From positions 27,652,001 through 27,716,000 of the forward strand of contig OX597815.1 in assembly GCA_951406725.2 (NCBI GenBank): DNA of 64,000 bases, read 5' to 3'. The first letter of the stretch is position 1. Every line of letters starts with the position of its first letter. A program made the translations under genes and the position numbers. The DNA is from Octopus vulgaris (Eukaryota). Shown in pieces: positions 52,931 through 64,000 of the stretch. The notes below the pieces were generated by a model, which worked only from the letters and a program-made list of their open reading frames with translations, was not told where the DNA came from and searched no databases.

Positions 52931-54526
52931 AACCCACCCTCCAATGACAAAATGCACCTTAACACACAAGTAACCATTCTTTTCTTAATTCGAATCCTCA
53001 TGCCCAAACTCTCCATGACCAGCCTATTCATCACTCATAGCCTCCCCGTCCCATCTCATGTTATATTTTTGTTACACTACTAACCATCACATATCCTTCT
53101 TGGTTATCTTCATTGCACCCAATACCTTTTACCCTTGCACCACTGGAATGACCTCTAACTTTTTTCATTCACTGCTCCACATAATCCTCTCTCTCACTAC
53201 AATCTAAGATGCTTTCTCTGAATTCATGTTCTTCCCCTTTCTTTGTGATAGACTCCAGCCTCTCTTTCCCTCATTGCATCCACAAGTTGCTCCTCTAAAC
53301 TCTCCCTTCTCAATATCCACTCTGATCAAACCTCACTTTGCTTCAATGACTCGGGATTCCTTGCCACCTTAGTCTAGTTCTCCCTTCTTGTCCTTTTTCT
53401 CACACCTTCTACCCATACTCAGCAATATAATGAAGAACAACTGTAGACCACCCCTACACAACTTACCCTATCAACTTCCCATTGTCTCTCTACTTTCTCA
53501 GTTATTCCTAATAGTGATCCCTTCCATTTCCCTGCTAAGCTTCTCAATTTGTCTACTCTGCTACTACCTTAACTACAAAGCTATTCTTTTTCTTATTTTA
53601 CCTTCCCTCAATATCCTGCCCATAATCATTGTACCTTCCTCATTAATTATCCCTTAGTTAGAGAGAGCACTTTAGGCTCTTAGTCTTGCAAGATACAAGG
53701 CAAACTAGTACAAATGCCACAAAAAAGCACCCAGTACATTCTATAAAGTGATTAGCATTAAGGTCATCCAGCTTTCATGCTCCAATATCTGCCAAAGCAC
53801 TAATTGGAACATGATGCAGTCCTCCAACTTGTCAGATCCTGTTGAACCATCCAACTCAGGCGAGGATGGAAAACCAACATTAAATGACATACACACATTT
53901 ATATACATGTTTATATATATATATAATCACCCTTGCACCTACATATATACATACACACACAGACACACTAAGTCACATATCCTCAAACACCAAGGGCTGT
54001 CTTAAGAGCCTTGATTCTTTGTCAGTAGCCAACTTGAATGCTGAAAAAGAAAAAAATCCAGAGAAACACACACATCTATACACACAAACACACATGATCT
54101 TACATACAGATTCCATCTACTAAATTTTACTGACAAGAATTGGTCAAGCCAAGATGTCACAAAGTGGGCTCAAAACCAAAATCACACAGTTGAGAAGCTA
54201 AATACACAGCCACGTTTGTGCCTATTTTAATTGAAATTCTATGTCTACCAAACTTTGCTCTCATTTACCATAAAGTAGAGAGCATATACTTGTCTCAAAG
54301 GTAAACTACCAAATCTAATCTTAGCTTATCAGAACATAGATTATACACTATTTCAAACTGCTCTCTCTTTTATCTCCCATAGTAATAAAATATATATATA
54401 TATAGTAGCTTTAGCTATTTGTCAAGATGAGCCCTATCTACAATATTCAAAGGAATCTTCAAGACTTACCCACCCACTCAAGCTGATCACATTTCAGTTA
54501 TTCTCATTAACTAATCAAAATTAGCA

Positions 54527-54768
54527 TTAACCCTTTTACTGCAGCTATAAGATATATCCACTCAAAATTTTGTTACCTTTAACTGCAGAAAGCAATTTTA
54601 TACCCTAGTCTATCTTTTGTTGAGATATCATGTTTGAAACTAATTTTGTTGAGATATGTTAAGTTTATTGAGGCCACATTGACTTACACAAAATACCACT
54701 TCTATTTTGGGGTAGATATCATCATTAATGGAATAACCATGAACTGTAATTTCACAGTTAAAGGGTTA
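54527..54768. mobile_element. Degenerate TTAA MITE
   Basis: ttaaccctttt ... taaagggttaa ends. Confidence 0.55.
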
Positions 54769-57700
54769 AAGTTATCTAACCATTTAGATAGCAGTTTATA
54801 TAGGTGGTTTGTTATATTTCCATAGTGTCACTCATGCATAAATCATTGCCTTCTTTCAGTCACTTCAAATGTTTAATACGTAATTTTCTGCGAAGGGAGT
54901 GTTGCACTCCAACCACAAACTTGCTGTGAATATTAGAGTGGTCTTTAAAATGTGCAAAAGATTTCTACTATATGTTACTATCTTTCAGAATAAAATCTCC
55001 CAACAACTTCATCAATTACACATTTCTTATTTGTGATTATTAGACTTTATCTAGTTCAATACTTTATTTCATCATTCCATAAATTAAATCCCAAAGGCCT
55101 CAATACAGCAACTAAGCTACCTTTAATTATATCTGGTTTGAGAATATTCATTACAGCAGAAACAATTTGACACAATTCCCTAATTTTTATCACATTTTCT
55201 ATACTAGATTTCACATCACTATTATTAGCTTAATATTTCATAGTCCCCACCCACCCAAAGTGCATATCCACAACACAAGCTACAATACTACTAAACTCCA
55301 CCAGCTTCCTGAAGGTACCGAAGCAGATTTTTTATTACATCCAGTGAAGCTTTCTTTCAAAGATACCACATCCAAAAAACTGGATAGATACTTTCTAAAT
55401 TTCAGAAATAATTTAGAATTTTAAAATAAAAGTAAATATAATATTCAAAACTAAGTACAGTTATCAATTTAACAAAAATTACCTGTTTAAAATTGGAGGG
55501 GGGATTTATTTTGTTATACGCATAGTTGGGAGAAATTTCACTAATTATCTCTTATGGCATTTTTTTTTCTCATTATAGTAATTATAAAATAATACAGTTC
55601 AAGACAGCTTATGTAGCTCTGGTCAGTCATGACCTAAGATAGTTTACGGTTTGTAAAAACATAAAACCTGCACAAGCAAGCTATTTTTATGAATGTCTTA
55701 ATGAAGAATAGCATTGAAAGTCAGCGTGCTTTGAAACCTATTGACAAGCATTGAAAAGAGTTGAGAAGGACCAACATAAATGTATATTCAAAATCTGCTA
55801 TGGCTGGAGGTGAAGGCAACGGGTATTCGACATACACATTTCACTAAAAAAGATTTAAAAGAAAAAAAGAAGAAAAAAAAAACAGAAAATGCTTGGAGGA
55901 AAAAAAAAAAAAAAGAGAAAAGAAAAAAGAATTGAAAATTTTCTCAGCACAGGATCACAGTGAATGCATGTGTGAGTGTGTGTTGCCTGAAAGATAAAAA
56001 ATAGTACTGAGACTAACTCAAATTCATTAGATAAAATAATACAAATAAACTTGTATGAAACATAAGAGAGAATAACTGTTATGAGTTTGAACATTAAATC
56101 CTACAGTAATCAACATTGAACTTCAATGCTATGGAGTTGATAAAGAATTCAATCAACTATCCACTTCCCCGCATTCTTTGCCATGTACAAAGTTACAAGT
56201 CAGCACCTGGCTATATACAGAGTGTACGGTTCAAGTCCAAAAGGAAACCTAAATTCAATATATATTGTTTTGAAATATATAACGAAGAAATAACATCCAA
56301 CCAAAACAATAAACCAGCTAGCACCTTCTGTTAATTATTAAATGCTGAAACAATATTAAATTTTATAAAGTTGTTCGACAAAGTCCTTGCTTTCATTTTT
56401 ATCTCTTTAGTGAAATATTTCAGCTCCAAACAACTATGAGCCCTCTATAAAGTTCAAAGCAACCCAACAAAAGAGTACTGCCCATACATCTATAACATTG
56501 TTGCTGCTATATATATAGAAACATCCTAGATTGCATCCAAAGTAAGTCCATCAGATTGATTAGTTCCTAAGTTGTTCACAATGCAGCCCAACTTCTGACA
56601 CAAATATTGTTGCCCTTTCTGTAGCTACTACAGTGGATTCTACTATTCAGAACTTCTTCTCTGGTATTGTTGACTCGTCTCTCCTCATTACTCATATTGT
56701 CACACCACTCCCCAAGCCTACACTAACCACTGACCCCAGTCCTTCCTAGAAATGTGAACCTTCTGAAATTCCCTCCCTGCCCATGTTTTCCCAACAATCC
56801 TCATTCAATGTTTCAATCTTATTGGGCTCAGAAAATCTAGAAGGGCAATAGGCACAGCCACTTCCTTCAGATCAAAAGAAAATAGTTAAAATCAGAATCC
56901 CAAGTGCCCAGCTTAACACTTAATTCCAACTATAGCACTAAAGTAGACAAATATATTTTTTTTGCTACAGTTAACTGCATAACTAAAATCTAAAAAGAGA
57001 AATCAAATAATTAAAATTACTGAAATGCATTCAAAGTATAATTTTGAAGATCTCTGCCAGATTTCATCAAAGGAATATTGATAGAACAACAATTATAGAT
57101 TCAAGGGGTGAAAAATAAAATCTAATCAGATCTGAACTTTGTGTTGAGCATCAAAACATTATTGGTATTGAACCTAGATAAATGATATCTGATTAGAAAT
57201 ACAAAATCTGCAAAGAACGGGCTGACATGCTTAAAACTGATTCTTTTCATATAAATCTGTATTTACAGTTTTATCTCAACATACTCGTTTGTAATCTACA
57301 AAAGTTATTAGCTCAGGAAAAGCCACCAAATGCAGGGTAGTGTAGAAGAATGGTTCTCAGTGTGCAGAATAGAGAATGAGTCAAATAATTAACTATGTTT
57401 AAGAATGGATTTATTAATCCTGAAGATTATTCCATAACTGCTAGCATTTTATCTTTGATTTCCATCTAAAGAGTTATATGCACTTGGCAACTATTATATT
57501 GAAGACTTAACTGTTGAGCCTGTGATGAATTTATAATGTTAACTAAGAACATTCACTAAATTGGCTATAATCTGTAACTAATGGTATGTCTTATTGCATA
57601 GAAAATAAAACCATCTTCAGATTGATAATCTCATATGCTCAATTGATGTTATTAAAATTCATTCAGCTATTTCCAATAACAAAGTTTTACGATTCCCTTA

Positions 57701-59637
57701 ATATGATAGACCAGAATGTTAATATAAATGAAGAAACTTGAAAAAAAAGAATAAGGTACGAGAGAGTGAGATAAGCTTAGATGCTTACAAATTTCTAAGA
57801 ACTAGGAAGGGAAGATGCAAAGAACTTCACTAAATACTGAAAGGAACTTACTGGGAAGCTAAATAAAAACATAAATGGAGTGACCATATACAAAACAACC
57901 AAGAAAAGGAAATAAGAATATCGCTCCACCATAGACATATTAGTAAAAGGAAATGAATATCAATATATCAGCTTAAAATTTTTAACTAATCATAGTCTAA
58001 AAGGATTAATAATAAAGAACACCACGAAAATGTAGCCTTAAAAGATAAATGAGCACAGTATCCATAAAATACATTTCACACCATAGAAAAAGCAGCATCG
58101 TGTTTTACAGTTAGAAAATTGTCTAACAAGATAAACATATCTTATTTCTCATTAACCATTTTAATGAACATGAAGACAAGTTTCATTAAATATATATATA
58201 TAATTAGATAATAATTGGTAGAAAGAAATAAGTATTATTTTCTGGTTTTCAAATCCAAGTGATGGAAGTAATGTTTTAATAACAAAACAAAAAAAAAAGC
58301 AAGATATAATTACACATGGAAGCTTTCAATTTACTAAATGATATATTTCAATACAATTTAACCTAAAATATTCTATCATTTAAGAGATGGAATTAAAAAA
58401 AGAAAGTTATGATGAAAAATGTTCATGTCCAGGAACACTCAATCTGTTCACAGGTAATTCAGTTATCAATGAGACCCACTTGGAACAACGAAGTTAACTG
58501 AGAAGTGGGAAACAATTTGTTTCCAGATTGTTTAAGAAATAATTTTGACATAAATCATACTTGCACCCACCATGATCAACATGTATTTTAACTGGGTTAG
58601 ATTAAACTAAATTACTAGCTACTTAAATTTTTAAGAGGGAGTAAATCAATTTTATTAGATTTGGATTCTAAGGTTATTAAATAAATAAATGGTCCACTAA
58701 ATGTGAAGTGAACTGAACCAGCTAATGCAACACAAGTCAGTTTAGCATCAACAGCATCAATATGTTGGCTTTACACATAGTGTTAGTTACAACAGATTGT
58801 TTTGTAGTCTCCCATCAAAGCAAAAAGTTGATAGAATAGTTTGATAATGTCATGGTCGGATAACAGAAACCTAAAATCTATAGTGGTAGAAAAATATACA
58901 TGGACTGTGTCTCTAAACATCCATATAAGTAATTATCTTGGTAACTGACAACTGTATAACAAAGACTAACAATGGATATGACAATATTTAGAGATCAATT
59001 TCAGCTCACTGAAAAACAAACAGAAAGAAAAGATTGATGAAATATTTCAATACTATTATAAAACAATGTGAGTGATAAGACTTAACAGCTACCAGGAACT
59101 GGAATGTACCTGATATGAATAAAAAAAAAAATACAAAAATTATTGAAAAATTGTTATAAAGTAAACAAGTATTACAGAACACACATAGCCGACCCCACAT
59201 ATGTATGTATCTATATATACGTACATGTATCTATACCTACGTGCATATTCTATGTGTGCTACACACAAAATCATCATCACAATGTCAAATTTTCCATGCT
59301 TGTTTGGGTCAGATGGAATTTGTTGAGGGAGCTGGATGCTCTTGTTGTCAACAACCTTCAACTGTTTCTAAACAAGTTAATATTTCCTCATGGTCAGACA
59401 TTCTTTTTACAGAAGACTGGAAACAAACAACATTGCTTGTACGAGAGGAATGCTCATTTATAACCATCACATAATGTCAAGACAAGGGTACGCACATGTA
59501 CATATATAGAAGACACTTGTCCATAGCAGAACTTGAACCTGAGACCAAATGGTTGGGGAGCAACCTTCTAAACCACAAAGTCATGCTTATGCCATACAAA
59601 CATAGAAAAGCTGATGTTAAAATAGAGATGATAATGA

Positions 59638-59690
<53 letters not shown>

Positions 59691-59837
59691 CACACATTTT
59701 CAGTTGAGGAATTTGCTTCCCAATTACATGGTTACAGGTGCATGACAACTAGGGTGTCTTCCATTATAGCCCCAGGCTGCTCAAAGCCTTGTGAATGGGT
59801 TTGGTATACAGGAAAACTTAGAAAGAAACCAGTCTTG

Positions 59838-59876
<39 letters not shown>

Positions 59877-61489
59877 GTGCATGAATGTAATCCATGTGTT
59901 GTCTTGACATTGTAATAGTTGTCACTGTCAAGCAGTGTCATTCATTTCCAATATTCTGTAAAAACACAAGTAGCCAGGAAGAAATATTACCTTACCTGGA
60001 AACAAATGAGTGTTGGCGACAGGTAAGGCACCCAACCATAGAAAATCTACTGCAATAAATTCCATCCAATTCACACAAGCACGAGAAAGTGGACATTAAA
60101 GAATGATGATGATGATTCCCTTTAAAGTAAAACATCAATTGCACATAAGCATTAAGAGGAAACAAACTAACCCCCAAGCCAGACTCTTACATCTACAATC
60201 TTGCTAGTTTCATTCCTTTATTACTGTTTTTCCAAAATAGTTCTCTTATTGAGCTACTGAGTAGTTTGAAAATACTGCCTCTTTGATTATATATGGTCAT
60301 GCTGAGGTGACTGCATCAATTCCAATGCTTATTTCATCGACCTTGGAAAAGTGAAGAGCAAAGTGGATCTGGGAAGGTCTGAACTTGGAGCATATTCCAA
60401 ATACCTCAAAGTATTTTGTTTGATGCTTTACCAATTCTGCCACACACATACCACCACTATATTTAAATATGAACATATGAATATATAGAGATATATATAT
60501 ATACATATCTATATACACACAGAGATGGAGATTTTTAAAGTTTATGGTCATGTATATGATCTAATTAATGAGAAATGATTGAAGATGTGTTCAAACAATC
60601 AAATCATTCCATAATTGATATGTTAAAATTCATTCATGAACAGCTACACTATTTTTGTTAACTCCTTCAGACAAGCATCGACCAGCATTAAAGCAGTTTC
60701 AGGAACAAAAAAAAAACAAAAAAAATAATTAGTACTGGGATTTTAACCATTAAAATCACTAGAGTACTTCAATTTAATTCAATGAAAGTTCTAAATAATA
60801 CAGACATCCTTTCAAAGTAGCTGGAACTAGACCAAAAGGCTAGAAAGTGAAGGTGATAATTATGTTTCATTTTAGTAAAACTTATGAAAAATATTTCAGA
60901 AATATCATCCTTCCTATTAGAAGCTGGATTCCATATGCAATACAGGAGATTGGAACTGGAAAGAAAACAACCCAACAACTGATTAGCAAAGAAAATGTTG
61001 AAACTCTGTTAAAAAGACAATAGAGAAATCAAAATTTAAGTCACACAATTTCAACTGATACTTTTCAAGAATTATATCCCCAAAGGCTGAAAACCCAGTT
61101 ATGAAAAATTTTGTTTTGACTGATGCTGTTGCTTTTCTTTTTCAGTGGTGTTTGACCAGAATACATGAGTAACTACATTTATATGCTTCAGGGATATCTT
61201 AGGTGAAGCACAAAAACATAAATGAACATAGTTCTTTTTGTCTGTGAGACACGGAATTGTTGAGTGATGGGATACAATATAGTAGTTTCTTCTCTTTATA
61301 TTGTTTTACTCTACATAAAAAATTATGGCGTTCAAATCCAATATGAAATAGAAAAGCAAAGAATTACTTTTTTTCAGATGCAATTTAGATATAAATAACA
61401 GATACAGGATAGGCAACATATATACATAAAGCTAAGTCTAAACCAAATACCTTCTTCCCCTTACACAATGCACGTGTATATACACACAC

Positions 61490-61541
<52 letters not shown>

Positions 61542-63011
61542 CACACACAGACACACACCAACAAAATACACAGATTAGCAACCCAGTAATAAGTCAGTAC
61601 TCATTTTTGATAAAATTATTCAGTTTAACCAATGTTTTTTCTAGGACAAATCATGAAACAGGGGGGGGAAATATGCAACACGAGTTATATATATTTGTGT
61701 GTGTGTGTGTGTGTGTGCATATATATACACACACGCACATGCACATTTATTTGTGCTTATGTGCATGTATGTGTGTGTATAATAGATAATTTAAAAGTTT
61801 TAAAATGTTACATAATTTTTTAAGAGCAATCATCAAATGTGTATGTATTGTGTGTTTGTGTATGTGTATGCATATGTGTGTGTGCACGCGTGTGCTATGT
61901 ACACGTGTATGATTAATTAGATTTTCAGTTTCACCAGCCATTATTATTGTAGATCATTCCACATTACATAAAGCCAACTTGCTGCAGCATAAAAACCTAC
62001 TACAAAGATTTAAACCATAGAAGCCTCAGCATCTATCTGCAGTGAAGAACTAATGTACTTTTTGTTTATAACTATTGGTATACTTATTTCCATAATCTAT
62101 TTTTCTTTAACTTATGATTTAGTGATTATTGAAACTCTTTGCTATAACTGAAGCTATCTGTTTCCAGCATAAATCAAAAGATAGCAGATTTATTATGGAA
62201 TCTGTTATAATTACCAATCCCAAACTTGAAACTTTACTACCAATAATCAGAATAAACCACACAGTTTGATTAAATTTATTTTAAAAGAAATATACTAAAA
62301 TTTAGAAAACTAAAATTTAATCTAGTAGACATCAGATCCTCTATTGTAATCATGATAATGCAGATCAGAGCTGATTGGATCAAGTGAACAATCTGCAACA
62401 TTACTGATACACAAACAAAACTATTGCTTGAAAGTCAATCAGGACTAGATATCTAAGTATGAAAATCTAAAGACTCTTTAATAAACAATATCTACTAACA
62501 AACTGTAGGAATAAAATAATCCACCTTTACAACATCAAGATTTTAAAAATTGCCACACAACACTTACTGAGCCAATCAATGTAAATATGACCAAGTTGTG
62601 TGCTTAAGAAGACTAACTGCTGATACCATATATTACTTGCATACTGACAGTTTCTGCTGTACAGCATATGTTGCTGATGTAAAAGTGGCATTTAAACATT
62701 AAGTACCAGGCAGTTCGATAAAATAAAGAGTCAAAATCTTTTGCGTTTACTGCTAAAATTAAGCAGTAGCTAAATTTTCTCAAAATATTTCAAGATAAGG
62801 ATCTTGATTGATATGAATTAAATAAATTTTAGATTTCAGCAATATAAAGATTTTAGGTTTAAAATTATTTCTAAAAGAAATTTGATCAAATAAACATATT
62901 TCTGTTCTGTCCTAGACTAACATGTTTTAAAATATAGATAAACCATATCATAATAAAGATTTGCAATAATGCTGCCAAAAGCAGATGGTTCGGCTGAATC
63001 ATTCCTCTTAC

Positions 63012-63191
63012 ATCAGCAACTGGTGTCTGAGACTGAGGTACAAGGTTTGGGTCTCCTTGAGACCTTGTGTTTTCAGTGCTGCAAATATAGAGAGAAAAAA
63101 GAAAGAGATAGATATGAGAAGCTGGTACTTGATTGGTTGTAAGGGAAAGATATGAAGATGACCTACTCAAAAGACGCCAGCATCTCATCAC
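63012..63191 (-). other. Candidate upstream PUF60 exon pair (63167-63191 and 63012-63078)
   Basis: Acceptor atttttcag, 25 nt, donor gtaggt, an 88-nt intron with a strong pyrimidine tract ending ttgcag, 67 nt, donor gtaaga. The spliced frame reads DEMLASFDTENTRSQGDPNLVPQSQTPVAD. No homology support. Confidence 0.35.
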
Positions 63192-64000
63192 CTGAAAAAT
63201 ATTATAAAAGCCAAAAACTAATTTACATATATCAACATGTTTAGCTCCTTTTCATCCCCATATGCAATTATTGCAAGAAATAGTGTGGATTTTTATTTTT
63301 TTATTTAACATCTTTTTAATGCTGCAAATGTATGGGCGTTATTTTAAAACACTGATGTTGATGTAATCCAAGAAAATTAGCTCCAATAATAGCTGTATGC
63401 CACATCTGAGGAAAATTTGACCGATAAAACTGAATCAACACAAAATAAAAGGTTTCTCAAATTGTAATTTCAAAATATAAAGAAATCCATTGACACTAAC
63501 AAACTCATAATCAAGTAATTAGATGCTAAACCTCCAAATGCCATAACTAAAGAACATAAATACTAATCCTTTAGTATGATCTACTTCACAGTTCACAAAC
63601 TGATTTTCATTCTAACAAAAATATTTTTTCAAAGCTGTAGAAAAGATTCTGAAGAAATTTTTTAAAACAGATTTGCAGACATACATACACATGCATGACA
63701 CACAAATCCATTAGAAAATTTGCAATACAAAAATACAATGCCAACAGGATTCCCAGTTCATTTTGTCTTCAGAACTTGCAAATGGTTCCTAAAAGACAGC
63801 TCTTTCACTACAACTTGAACTGAACAAATGTTATAAAGAAAATTTAACACCAAAAATTTAGCTGAAAAATTTGAAGATATTTACATGAATTGTAGAAGCA
63901 TGTATTTCACCAATCACTCAATTTATGGTACATAACAGAGAGTATCAATTTCAACAGTAAATAGTAAAAAACTAAACTGTTGCAGTGTGCTAAAGGTAAC

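Overview
AT-rich, repeat-dense eukaryotic DNA. The tRNA-derived SINEs, (GAT)n-tailed RTE LINE ends and (AT)n/(AC)n tracts look like an octopus or other coleoid cephalopod genome; this is an inference. Two genes converge. On the + strand is the large terminal coding exon of an LZTS/Fez1-family coiled-coil gene (9473-10708). On the - strand are 11 phase-consistent coding exons of the splicing factor PUF60/half-pint (RRM1-RRM2-UHM, 45462 to 32231), whose start exon is not securely identified. The rest is intron or intergenic sequence carrying RTE and CR1 LINE fragments, several SINE families, a DD37D Tc1/mariner relic with a nested LINE, TTAA piggyBac-type MITEs and Penelope-like ends. The main leads are: (1) a genomic Gly-to-Ser (AGT) change in the conserved RNP1 of PUF60 RRM2 that one A-to-I edit would restore, overlapping a NAGNAG acceptor; (2) candidate poison and micro exons plus long U tracts in the PUF60 5' intron; (3) a hammerhead-ribozyme-like core; (4) a PHD finger inside a LINE reverse transcriptase; and (5) a CpG-rich purine-pyrimidine minisatellite carrying NRF1-type motifs. 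Most other ORFs in the supplied track are microsatellite or repeat noise.
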